From Podarcis bocagei (Eukaryota), in the NCBI GenBank assembly GCA_964188305.1, contig OZ076901.1: a stretch of DNA of 64,000 nt; one strand, given 5' to 3'. The notes below the pieces were generated by a model. It saw nothing but the letters and a program-made list of their open reading frames with translations. It was not told the DNA's origin and made no database searches. Shown here piece after piece: positions 35,867 to 46,797 of the stretch. Numbering within the stretch: position 1 is the first letter of the stretch; the number at the start of each line of letters is the position of its first letter. The translations under genes were made by a program, and so were the position numbers.

Positions 35867-36103
35867 NNNNNNNNNNNNNNNNNNNNNNNNNNNNNNNNNN
35901 NNNNNNNNNNNNNNNNNNNNNNNNNNNNNNNNNNNNNNNNNNNNNNNNNNNNNNNNNNNNNNNNNNNNNNNNNNNNNNNNNNNNNNNNNNNNNNNNNNNN
36001 NNNNNNNNNNNNNNNNNNNNNNNNNNNNNNNNNNNNNNNNNNNNNNNNNNNNNNNNNNNNNNNNNNNNNNNNNNNNNNNNNNNNNNNNNNNNNNNNNNNN
36101 NNN
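35867..36103. other. Assembly gap
   Basis: Run of N. Confidence 1.
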
Positions 36104-36627
36104 TAAGGTGGACTCTTGCCCTACCTCCCGTTCCGGCTCCGTCACCCTGTGGGCAAAGCTTTGTTTTTGTTTTGATTTTAAAGGGAGGGGAAGAGGCAGG
36201 AGGTGTGAGAGGTCCGGCACAAAAGATCAGGGACTGGGGTCCCCAGGGCATCCTCTAACTCTGCTCCTGAATCCTATCCAAGCAAGGAGAACCCTAATAT
36301 TTTCATTAAACGTAGGTGACCAGTTGGAAATATGGTCCTGTGTTGAGCAGACTTGGGTCCGGTCCAACATTTCACAGCTTTCAGTTCTCATACCTAACAC
36401 ACACCCTCCAAGTGTCACGATTTTCTAGGGACTGTCCTAGAATTACGAAAGCCATCCTGGCTTCTGATTTGATCCTGGAAGGTCCCTGTTTCCCCTGCCA
36501 GTGCTGCCAGCTTGGGAAGGAGGAAGAGACAAGTCATGTCCCAAGTGATGGGGGCAGCAACAGCGGTGACTTCCCCAAAGACCTCAGTAATCAAGCAGGG
36601 ATACAAGGGATTATGTCCTACATAAAA

Positions 36628-36628
<1 letters not shown>

Positions 36629-36679
<51 letters not shown>

Positions 36680-36683
36680 GTGT
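36629..36683. repeat. (TG)n microsatellite
   Basis: Read directly. Confidence 0.97.
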
Positions 36684-37318
36684 TCAAAGTCTGTGCATAT
36701 GTATTTTAAGAAAATAAGTTGTTGTTGTTGTTTGATTCTGCCTTAATTCTAAGCAAGATTTTAAAACTAGTGTGATTTTAAAACTAGTACCTCTCCCTTG
36801 AACACTGGAAGCCAATTAAAACTACTTCTTATATGATGAACAAGATTGTGTGTGTATGCTATGACTTAGGGGTTAATGGTATGATCTGCAGTAATTAAAA
36901 AGCAGAAAACAAAATCACGTCCCCAATTTAATGCAGTGTGTTTCAGTTGGTTTTAGTTCATGCATGTGCTTCATATGAGCTCTGGCTAATACTAAAGGGT
37001 GGCCATCCCCCAACCTAGTTGCCTCCAGATGTTGTTAGACTACAACTCCCATCATTCCTGATGATTGGCCCTGTTGGCTGTGGATGATGGGACCTGGAGT
37101 CCAACTACATCTGGAGCGGGTCGGCTTGGCAAAGGCAGGCTCATTATATCACTTCAGGTCCTCATCTAGTGGCAGTGGTAGACCAGGCCTAAATTAGATT
37201 CTGTGTTCGGGGACTCAGCTACATTAGTCAAAAAAGAGCATCTTAAATGTGTTATAAACATGCAGCACCAGATGGTGCTTTAGGGCCCAAAACATTTCTA
37301 TGTGATTTTACATAGGGT

Positions 37319-37848
37319 TGTTGTTTAGTCGTTTAGTCGTATCCAACTGTTCGTGACCCCATGGACCAGAGCACGCCAGGCACTCCTGTCTTCCACTGCC
37401 TCCCGCAGTTTGGTCAGACTCATGTTTGTAGCTTCGAGAACACTGTCCAACCATCTCATCCTCTGTCGTCCCCTTCTCCTTGTGCCCTCCATCTTTCCCA
37501 ACAACAGGGTCTTTTCCAGGGAGTCTTCTCTTATGAGGTGGCCAAAGTATTGGGGTCTCAGCTTCAGGATCTGTCCTTCCAGTGAGCACTCAGGGCTTAT
37601 TTCCTTCAGAATGGAGAGGTTTGATCTTCTTGCAGTCCATGGGACTCTCAAGAGTCTCCTCCAGCACCATAATTCAAAAGCATCAATTCTTCGGCCATCA
37701 GCCTTCTTGATGGTCCAGCTCTCACTTCCATACATCACTACTGGGAAAACCATAGCTTTAACTATACGGACCTTTGCTGGCAACGTGATGTCTTTGCTTT
37801 TTAAGATGCTGTCTAGGTTTGTCATCACTTTTCTCCCAAGAAGGCATC
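37319..37848 (-). mobile_element. Bov-B (RTE) LINE 3' fragment
   Basis: 167-aa ORF (KAMVFPVVMYGSESWTIKKAD...); (caa)n tail; TSD ttttacatagggt at 37306-37318 and 37849-37861. Confidence 0.94.
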
Positions 37849-38959
37849 TTTTACATAGGGTAAAACAATTTAATTCATGACTTATTTATAGCACACACCC
37901 CCTGTGCATATATCCACCCCAGGTTTTCCTGAGAAAGACTATGGACTGGGTTATTGTGAGGGTAAACACAAGAAAGATAGCAGAACCCTATTGCATGTTA
38001 TTTTTTAACGTAAAAGTGAAAAAAGCTTCTAAGAAACTAAATTACATTCACAAGCAGGGGCGGGTCTACTATGAAACTAGTGAAGTTTAAACTTTAGGGA
38101 CTCTAATCCCAGAGGGGCCCCAGGAGCATCTTTTGTCCCCATGGTTTTTTTTTTTAAAATGGGTCCAGTAAACCCAATTTGAGTTGCACTACTCATATTG
38201 ATTGATTGATTGATTGATTGATTTTACTTTTTCGTATATCTTTCAACAATCCCAAAGTTTGAGATTTAGTAGCACACACGTAATTCTTGTGGTAAACAAC
38301 CCCACGGAAGAAGATAACAGTGGTTACCCAGACCTTGTGGCTGGTTGTGAGGAGGCCACCATGGCATTTCAAGTTTCAGGGCACCCAAAATGTAGGTCTG
38401 CCACCTTTTCCCTGGTGATTCTGAGGGCCTTTGCTAAAAAAGAAAAGAAAGGCCACAAACAGACACATAGCTCTCAGCTCAGACATCGTCTCTCCTTGCC
38501 AGTTACTGTCTGGCTACTGGCCAAGCTGCATGCTTGCCCCTGAGGGCAGTGGTAACTGAAAGAAGAAAGCTTGATGGAAGGAAATAGAACATGAATTCAA
38601 GCACAAGGTTCTCAGGTTGGGTACCATACTTAACACAACAGCTATATAGTACAGTGGTACCTCGGGTTAAGAACTTAATTCATTCTGTTTTTTTTTTTTT
38701 TAATAAATTTTTATTGGTTTTACAGCATTTTTAAGAAAAACAAACAAACACAAAACAAAACAAACATACAAAATAATTTCAAGATATTTTCATAAACCTC
38801 TTTTCTTGGACTTCCCCGTACCCCCCCTCTCTGCATCCCAGTGTCCATATTTGAACTAGCAACTCCCAGTTGTTACTTTCTAATCTCTGTCGTCTTAGTC
38901 CTCCTTTATTGTCTAACCTTGTATCCCTGTACCCTGTTACTTCTAGCAACCACAACATT

Positions 38960-41900
38960 TTAACATTCGTTAAGTTTATAGTAGACCTTAAGATAGCTTT
39001 TAAATTTTTTCCATTCTTCTTCCACCATCTCTTTGCGTTGGTCACGGATTCTGCCTGTCATCTCAGCCAGTGTCATATAGTCCATCACTTTCATCTGCCA
39101 TTCTTCCAGAGTAGGTAAATCTTGTGTCTTCCAATACTTTGCGATGAGTATTCTTGCTGCTGTTGTGGCATACATAAAGAAATTTCTATCTTTCTTTGTC
39201 ACCAATTGGCCGACAATGCCCAAGAGAAAGGCCTCTGGTTTTTTAGAAAATGTACATTTAAGTACCTTTTTCATTTCATTATAGATCATTTCCCAGAAGG
39301 CCTTTATCTTCGGGCATGTCCACCAAAGGTGATAAAAAGTACCTCCAGTCTCTTTACATTTCCAACATTTATTATCGGGCAAATGGTAGATTTTTGCCAG
39401 CTTGACTGGGGTCATGTACCACCTGTATACCATTTTCATAATGTTTTCCTTTAAGGCATTACATGCCGTAAATTTGATACCGGTGTTCCATAACCATTCC
39501 CAGTCATCTGACATAATGTTGTGTCCAACATCCTGCGCCCACTTAATCATAGCAGATTTAACTGTTTCATCCTGTGTGTTCCATTTCAACAGCAAGTTAT
39601 ACATTCTAGATAAATTCTTAGTATTGGGTTCTAGCAATTCGGTCTCTAGTTTTGATTTCTCCACTTGGAAACCGATTTTCCTATCCTGTTTAAAAAATTC
39701 CATTATTTGGCGATATTGAAACCAATTTTCTACTTTGTGCTTCAATTTCTCCTGACTTTGTAGTTTAAACTTGTCTCCATCCTGTTCTAAAATTTCCCAA
39801 TACTTCGGCCATCCGACCTCCATATTGAGTTTCTTCACTGCTTTAGCCTCCACTGGTGACACCCATCTAGGGGTTTTATTTTCCAATAAGTCTTTGTATC
39901 TTATCCAAACATTAAATAATGCTTTTCTAACAATGTGATTTTTAAAGGTACTGTTAACCTTGTCATACCAAAGATATGCATGCCAACCAAAAGCATTATT
40001 GAAGCCTTCCAGATCCAAGATGTCCGTGTTCTCGAGGAGCATCCATTCTTTCAGCCAGCAAAACGCTGCTGCCTCATAGTACAATTTTAGGTCCGGCAGG
40101 GCAAAGCCCCCTCTTTCTTTAGCGTCAGTCAGTATTTTGAATTTAATTCGGGGCTTTTTGCCCTGCCAGACAAATTTCGAAATGTCTTTGTGCCACCTCT
40201 TAAAACATTCCATCTTGTCAAGAATCTGCAAGGTCTGAAACAAAAATAACATTCTAGGCAATACATTCATTTTAATTACTGCAATTCGGCCTAACATTGA
40301 CAGTTTCAGATTTGACCATATTTCTAGATCTTTTTTAATCTCTGACCAACATTTTTCATAATTGTCCTTATACAAATTGACATTCTTAGGTGTTAAATAA
40401 ACCCCTAGGTATTTGACTTTCTTAACCACTGTCAAACCTGTTTCCTCCTGAAATTTCTCCTTTTCCATATCTGTTAGGTTTTTCCCTAAGACTTTAGTTT
40501 TTTGCTTATTCAACTTAAATCCAGCCACCTGGCCAAATTGTTGAATTATTTCTAAAACCCTTTTCGTACTAGTGTTTGGCTCTTGCAAAGTCAATACTAG
40601 GTCATCTGCATACGCTCTTAACTTGTAATGTTTAGCTCCGACCTGCACACCTTTGACCTGCTGGTCATTTCTTATCATATTCAGCAACACCTCCAGAACC
40701 GAAATGAAAAGTAATGGGGAAATTGGGCACCCCTGCCGAGTTCCTTTTTCTATCTTAAGTTCCTCAGTCACAACATTATTTACAATCAGCTTAGCTTTTT
40801 GTTCGGAATATATTGCAGCCATACCATTCTCAAAACCCTGGCCTACCCCCATCCCATGAAGATTCTTCCTCATAAAACTCCAAGAGATATTATCAAAGGC
40901 TTTCTCCGCGTCCACAAAGATCAATACTGCTTTAGTGTTTATATTCACCTCCAGCTTTTCCAAAATGTCTATTACATTCCTTACATTGTCTGCTAGGTGT
41001 CTTTTAGGGAGAAAGCCTGCTTGGTCTTTATGAATCTTCTCCATCAAAACTCTTTTAAATCTTTTTGCCAAAATGTCTGCAAAAATTTTGTAATCCACAT
41101 TGAGGAGTGATATCGGGCGGTAGTTCTTGAGTTGAGTCTTTTCAGTCTCTGACTTTGGTATGAGTGAAATATATGCCTCTTTCCACGATTCAGGTGCCCT
41201 TTTTCCCTCAAGAATCTCATTACAAACTTCTCTTAGTGGTTGAATCAACCATTCCTTCAGCGATTTGTAGTATCTAGAAGTCAGTCCATCTGGTCCCGGA
41301 GATTTGCCCAGTTGCATATTCTGAATGGCAGCCTCTATCTCTTGTTCTGAGATTCTCTGGTTCAAGTCCATCTTACTTTGCTGAGAGATGTTTTGTAATC
41401 CATATCTTCCAAGGAATTTGTCTATATCTTCTTCATTTTGCGGGCCTTGGGTGTAAAGTTTTTTGAAATAACTTAAAAAGCAATTTCTAATTTCATTAGG
41501 TTTAGATATGTTCTTTCCATCGACCTCTAGGCTTGTAACTGTATTTAGTTTCTGCCTTTTCTTCAATTGCCATGCCAAAAGTTTACCACATTTATTTGCT
41601 GATTCAAAAGTCTTTTGTTTCATTTGCTTTATCTTCCATTCAATCTCTTGGTTCATCAATTCCATATATTGAGTTTGATATAACTTAATCTCTCTTAAAA
41701 TGTCCTGAGACTTTGGTTTTGTTCTTAGTTTCCTCTCTCCTTCCTTTATCATTTCCAAGATCTTCTCTTTTTTCTCATTTTGTTTTTTCCTCTTTATTGA
41801 ATTTTGTTGGATCAAAAATCCTCTCATAACAGCTTTACTTGCGTCCCAGATCACTCTTTTCTCCACGTCAGTCCTCAAATTTATTTCAAAATAGTCTTTT

Positions 41901-42691
41901 AGGGTCTTTTGGGCCTTCGTGAGAATCTCCTTATCTCGAAAGAGGGTGTCATTCATTCTCCATCTAAATTGACCGGTTATTGTGAGTTTCATCTCCATCT
42001 TCACGGCGTTATGGTCGGAGCAGGTTTTTGGGCAGATTTCCACTTTCTTAATCTTTGGAGCCAATCCACTAGTAACCCAGATTTGGTCAATTCTGGTCCA
42101 GGTCATCATTGCTTGGGAGAAGAAGGTTCCCTCTCTCTCCAGAGGGTTCCTTGTTCTCCAAATATCTATCAAGTCCATGTTTTCTGTCATTTCGAAAAAA
42201 GTCTTAGGGAGTCTCCCTTCTTTAGTGACTGTTAGTCTTTGTGCCTTGTCCATATTAGTGGAGACCACGCCATTCATGTCTCCCATGATTATCATGTTGT
42301 AATCCAGATAGTCCGTCAAAGTTTCATGAAGTCTCTTAAAGAAGTCAGATTTGCCTTCATTTGGTGCATAAATTCCAACAACTAAAAGTTTTTCTCCTTG
42401 TACTTGTATCTCCACAGCCAGATATCTCCCTTGTTCATCTTTGAATATCATTTTTGGAGCCCATTTCTCCTTCACATATATTACCACTCCTCTCTTCTTA
42501 ACTTTGTCTGATGAAATAAATTCTTGTCCTAACCTTTTATTTGTGAGTAATCTCCTGTGGGCTCTAATTATGTGAGTTTCTTGTAAACATATCAAATCCA
42601 ATTGTTCTCTGTTCAAAATATGAAATACTTGTCTTCTCTTCAAAGGCCCATTCAGTCCATTACAATTCCAACTAAGGAATTGCAGAGCCAT
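38960..42691 (-). CDS. L1 ORF2p: APE endonuclease + reverse transcriptase + CCHC zinc knuckle (1243 aa)
   Basis: Endonuclease motifs SWNCNGL, LQETH, GDMN, RIDQI, SDH. RT motifs YRPISLLN, DAEKAFD, GTRQGCPISP, YADD, KYLG. Zinc knuckle CWKC-x8-H-x4-C. Confidence 0.97.
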   Translation of the reverse strand: MALQFLSWNCNGLNGPLKRRQVFHILNREQLDLICLQETHIIRAHRRLLTNKRLGQEFISSDKVKKRGVVIYVKEKWAPKMIFKDEQGRYLAVEIQVQGEKLLVVGIYAPNEGKSDFFKRLHETLTDYLDYNMIIMGDMNGVVSTNMDKAQRLTVTKEGRLPKTFFEMTENMDLIDIWRTRNPLEREGTFFSQAMMTWTRIDQIWVTSGLAPKIKKVEICPKTCSDHNAVKMEMKLTITGQFRWRMNDTLFRDKEILTKAQKTLKDYFEINLRTDVEKRVIWDASKAVMRGFLIQQNSIKRKKQNEKKEKILEMIKEGERKLRTKPKSQDILREIKLYQTQYMELMNQEIEWKIKQMKQKTFESANKCGKLLAWQLKKRQKLNTVTSLEVDGKNISKPNEIRNCFLSYFKKLYTQGPQNEEDIDKFLGRYGLQNISQQSKMDLNQRISEQEIEAAIQNMQLGKSPGPDGLTSRYYKSLKEWLIQPLREVCNEILEGKRAPESWKEAYISLIPKSETEKTQLKNYRPISLLNVDYKIFADILAKRFKRVLMEKIHKDQAGFLPKRHLADNVRNVIDILEKLEVNINTKAVLIFVDAEKAFDNISWSFMRKNLHGMGVGQGFENGMAAIYSEQKAKLIVNNVVTEELKIEKGTRQGCPISPLLFISVLEVLLNMIRNDQQVKGVQVGAKHYKLRAYADDLVLTLQEPNTSTKRVLEIIQQFGQVAGFKLNKQKTKVLGKNLTDMEKEKFQEETGLTVVKKVKYLGVYLTPKNVNLYKDNYEKCWSEIKKDLEIWSNLKLSMLGRIAVIKMNVLPRMLFLFQTLQILDKMECFKRWHKDISKFVWQGKKPRIKFKILTDAKERGGFALPDLKLYYEAAAFCWLKEWMLLENTDILDLEGFNNAFGWHAYLWYDKVNSTFKNHIVRKALFNVWIRYKDLLENKTPRWVSPVEAKAVKKLNMEVGWPKYWEILEQDGDKFKLQSQEKLKHKVENWFQYRQIMEFFKQDRKIGFQVEKSKLETELLEPNTKNLSRMYNLLLKWNTQDETVKSAMIKWAQDVGHNIMSDDWEWLWNTGIKFTACNALKENIMKMVYRWYMTPVKLAKIYHLPDNKCWKCKETGGTFYHLWWTCPKIKAFWEMIYNEMKKVLKCTFSKKPEAFLLGIVGQLVTKKDRNFFMYATTAARILIAKYWKTQDLPTLEEWQMKVMDYMTLAEMTGRIRDQRKEMVEEEWKKFKSYLKVYYKLNEC

Positions 42692-42695
42692 CTTG

Positions 42696-43724
42696 TTATT
42701 TTCTTAAGGCTCCTCCAACAGCTCCAAGTTGTTGCTCTTCTTCTGACGGTGGTGGTTTTTGTCCAAACGAGAGATTCAGGATATCCAGTGCTCTCCTCTG
42801 TTCTGCAAGTGCGTCCACAGTCCCCTTCTGTAGGTCCTCCTGATATCTTGCCAAAAATTTGTCTTTATCTTGAATTGTCTTTATTTTCACTTTCTTTGCC
42901 TTGTAGTCGAATGACAGTCCTTGTGGGAACTCCCACCTGAAGCGGATAAGATTTTTCTTTAACAAAAGAACCAGATCCTTGTAGAAGTTTCTTAAGTCCA
43001 AGATGTATTTTGGTATGTCTTTAAAGATCTGTACAGCTGAATTTCCAATTTGCAGGGCTTTTCCAAAGTGTAGTCCTAAAATTTTATCTCTTTCCTCCTT
43101 AGATCTGAGTGTGATCAAACAATCTCTTGGTGTCTTTCTATCTTGCTTTTTGCCCAGTCTAAAGGCAGTTGTAATTTTGAAATCGTCTTCCTCCAGGTCC
43201 CAACAATCCGCAAACTCCCGTGTCAAATATTCCACAAGGTTGTCACTTTCATTCTCCGGAATCAGTCTTAATTTTAAATTTCTCTCTTTCCTCTGTAACT
43301 CCCACAAGGCCAAGGTTGCATCATGCTCATAGACCTTCTTGGCAAGTGGCTCTAATTTCTCCTGCGTCTCTCCAGCTGTGGCTTTGGCCTCTTCGGCAAT
43401 TTGACGCGTGGTGGCGTTTTCCTCGACCAATTTGTTTATAGATTCTGTATTCTGGTTTAATCTTGTTGATATTTCTGTTAATTTTTGTGTGTTCTCTGAA
43501 GTCTGTTTTGTCAAAGACTCCAGAGTCTGGTTTATCTTAAGCAAAGCTTCTGTCACAGCTTCCATAGAAACGGCTGCTCCTTTGTCCTGTCCTGTTGTTC
43601 CAGCTAGTCCGGCTGTTACGCCTGAGATTGAACCTCTTTTCTTTGCTTGTTGCAGCTGCAGCTGTTGCTGTTGTTGTTGCTTGGTCTTGGCTCTTGTAGT
43701 TATCTCTTCTTGTGGCCCACTCAT
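42696..43724 (-). CDS. L1 ORF1p (coiled coil + RRM/CTD nucleic-acid chaperone)
   Basis: First ATG at 43724 (MSGPQEEITTRAK); the track start at 43742 is a GTG. Heptad-like coiled coil, then ERNLKLRLIPE and FRWEFPQG, as in vertebrate L1 ORF1. Confidence 0.9.
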   Translation of the reverse strand: MSGPQEEITTRAKTKQQQQQQLQLQQAKKRGSISGVTAGLAGTTGQDKGAAVSMEAVTEALLKINQTLESLTKQTSENTQKLTEISTRLNQNTESINKLVEENATTRQIAEEAKATAGETQEKLEPLAKKVYEHDATLALWELQRKERNLKLRLIPENESDNLVEYLTREFADCWDLEEDDFKITTAFRLGKKQDRKTPRDCLITLRSKEERDKILGLHFGKALQIGNSAVQIFKDIPKYILDLRNFYKDLVLLLKKNLIRFRWEFPQGLSFDYKAKKVKIKTIQDKDKFLARYQEDLQKGTVDALAEQRRALDILNLSFGQKPPPSEEEQQLGAVGGALRK

Positions 43725-46567
43725 GTCAAGGTCAATTCCCACGGGATTTATTCTCCCTTGGAAAATTCCACTGTCTTAGGCCGTGAACTTAATTCATTCT
43801 GGAGGTCCGTTCTTAACCTGAAACTGTTCTTAACCTGAGGTACCACTTTAGCTAATAGGGCCTCCTGCTGCTGCCGCATGATTTCTGTTCTCATCCTGAA
43901 GCAAAGTTCTTAACCTGAGGTACTATTTCTGGGTTTGCAGAGTCTGTAACCTGAAGCATCTGTAACTTGAAACATCTGTAACCTGAGGTACCACTGTATT
44001 TTAACTTTAGGATAAGAAAAATCAGTGGAGACAGTGATCTGGTCTTTAAAAGGAGTCCTTTCAATATAATGTTGGCTTAAAGACATAGCCCTGAATATCT
44101 GCTGGGAAGGAAATGTCCGGATTTTCCAACTGTTTCAATGTATTATTCAGGGGAAGAGAGATGCAGTCGAGAGGCCATGATGAATGCTGAGCAGCCGTTA
44201 AAGCAGCCTCTAGCCCAGGGGTTGCCCATTATGTTGGATCACTGGGCCCATTTGGAATTTCGAAAAAGGGTTGCAGGTGCCAGTCACAAAATGGCTGCTC
44301 TGTGGGGGATGTGCCATAACATAAAATGGCTGCCATATCTAAAAAACAGCAGAAGAAGGGGCAAAGTATGGGGCAGGCGTGGCCCCCATTAGATTCCACA
44401 CCTCCAGTGGAGGTGAAAAGGCAGCTCCATCAGGACCGCCACTCTCATTCAAAGAGAAGCTTATTTTTGTTCCTTTGTTCAGAAAGGGAAGGAGGGTGGG
44501 TGTCCAGTCCTTGCAATGGAATATGGGCATGTTTCAGGGAACATGTACAGTGTACGAGAGGCTGAGGTGATGCGGACAGGAACTAAGCAGGAAGAGCAAA
44601 AGGTATCTCATTGTGCTGTGGATTTCTGAGACAGATTCTGCTCAGACCTTTCGTGGGTGCCATAGGAGGTACTGGCAAGCACAGTGGCCCCTTTGGGAAT
44701 GGGGGAATGCAGGGCCAGCCCTAACGTTGGATAGAGTGGAGTAGCCTGACTGGGAATGCAGGGCCAGCCCTAACATTGGATAGAGTGGAGTAGATGCCTC
44801 AGACGGCTAATGATGGGGATTGGGCAGAGATGGTGAGGAAATGGAGAACAAAGCTGTATGTGCCACGAAGTCTGACTTGCATACCTTAGTCTGCTGCTCT
44901 CAAGCTAAGTCAATCCTGATACCCCCTGCCTGCCTGATTGATTGATTGACTGACTGAATAACATTTGTATACCACCACTTGATTGTAAAAATCTCTGACA
45001 GGCCCCAAATATATGGGAGACATTCTCCTATTATTGAGAATCTCCTGGCTGTTGTGATCAGCAGAGGGGTCCCTCTTAGTTGTTCCACCTCCCTCAGAAG
45101 TCTGGGGTGGTGGTTACCTGGGAGGTGACCTTCTCTAAGGTAGCCCTTAAATCCTGGATTTTCCTACCCACCGGGCCAGTCCAGCACCTGCACCATACAA
45201 CTTTTGGTTCTGTACATTTCAATTCACAAATCAATTTCATTGCAATGGGCCTACTCTGAATAGATTTTAGTTGGCTGCAACCTTATAGGGTTGCATCCAA
45301 TGAGCAGGCCCATCGAGGTCAGTGAGCATGACTAACTTACGATTCATTCACTGCAGTGGGATTACTCAGAGTGAAATGTGGTTGCATACAACCTTATAGC
45401 TATGCCTAAAGCTGAACTGTGCTGTGAGGAGCTCTGCCAATGCTGTTTCTAAGCTGCGAGGGCAATTTGAGAAACTCTCCCCCCCTCCCCGCCCTGCTCT
45501 CTCTGTGGGAATTTTGGACTCACACCTGTTCCTCATTTGTTCCAAGGAAACCCAAACTGGGAGTGCACCCGCTCCAGGCTCCCTGCAGCTCCAACAGAGC
45601 AAGAGAGAGCCCCGTGTTATGGTTTTATCCCCTCATTGCTCAGCTGTGAGAGGGACAGGCCTGGGAAAAGAAAGGCAGAAATTCCCTCTGGGTTGTTGCT
45701 ACAGTGCCATTTGCCACGTTGCAGCCAGGCTCTCCCTCCCTCCCTCCCGTTTCCATTTCAGTGCCCAATCTGTGTGCCTTTGTTCTCTTTTCTGCGCTTG
45801 GCTAGCTGTGTTGAACCAGCTGTTAGGAATCTAGATTTATACATACTAGGGATTTGTGGGGCCTTTTCCTCCCCCCCCAAGCCTCGAGATCTTTCATTCA
45901 TCTTATCAAGACTCACTTTCCTCTAAATTCTTCAGGTGCTTTTCCAGAGCAAGAACCTCAAAATTCCTTTCGAAAAAAGCCACGAGAAACAGTAGTTCTA
46001 GGGAAATGGTGCTGTTGGACTATTGCTTCCCTCACCCCTCACCTTTGGCCAAGCTGGTTTGGGCTGAGGACAGCTGGAGTTCGACCACATCTGGAGGGCC
46101 ACAACTTCTCCACTCATCTCATACCAACTTTGGCCAATGCAAAGACTGTTTCTTCACCAGCCCTCGACTCCCAACAGGGTCTCCAGGACAGTTGAGGATT
46201 GTGATGCCCATAGGACAGGTGGACTAGTAATCCGTGACAGGATTAATCAACATAATGACTACAACTCCCATCATTTGTGACCAATGGCCCAGCTGATTTG
46301 GGCTGGTAGTAACTGAAGTCCAACAACATCTGGAAGTCGCGATCCCTGGTATGTGGTAATGCTTTCTTTCTGAGGGCATCAAGAAAGGGTGTCTTATCAT
46401 TCATTCCTTGAGGTGTTCTCTCCTCCTTCCATTTCTGAGCACTGAGAATCCTGGAAACCCTTTCTAGTCTATTTAAAAAGCTGTCTCCCCATATGTGAAG
46501 ACCACAGCAGGGTTTGAAGTGTAAGAAAACAAGAGACTATATTAAGAAACATGTTAGGATGGAATTA

Positions 46568-46797
46568 CAGTGGTGCCCCGCAAGACGAATGCCTCGCAAG
46601 ACAAAAAACTCGCTAGACGAAAGGTTTTTTCATTTGCGATTTGCCTCGCAAGACGAATTTTCCTATGGACTTGCTTCGCAAGACGAAAACTTCTTGCGAC
46701 TTTGTTAAACCGTTTAAACCGTGCTTCGCAAGACGAAAAATTCGTTAGACGGCAAAAATTGCGGAACGAATTAATTTCGTCTTGCGGGGCACCACTG
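46568..46797. mobile_element. Tc1/mariner (Tigger-like) MITE
   Basis: Perfect 22-bp TIRs (cagtggtgccccgcaagacgaa), TA on both flanks, internal repeats of cgcaagacgaa. Confidence 0.92.

Larger units (their letters stand above)
38688..43784 (-). mobile_element. L1-clade LINE, near full-length, both ORFs intact
   Basis: Poly(A) tail (T-run 38688-38701), perfect 17-bp TSD gaacttaattcattctg (38671-38687 and 43785-43801), ORF1 and ORF2 separated by 4 nt, ~260-nt 3'UTR. Confidence 0.97.
38652..43996. mobile_element. Tc1/mariner (Tigger-like) MITE interrupted by the L1
   Basis: TA|cagtggtacctc at the left end and gaggtaccactg|TA at the right end. About 230 bp once the L1 and one TSD copy are removed. 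Confidence 0.88.

Noticed and set aside
34500-36428. ORFs containing long X runs
   Set aside because: Artefacts of the N gaps.
46575-46790. Repeated cgcaagacgaa units resembling a CRISPR array
   Set aside because: Internal repeats of a TA-flanked mariner MITE in a vertebrate genome; spacing is irregular.
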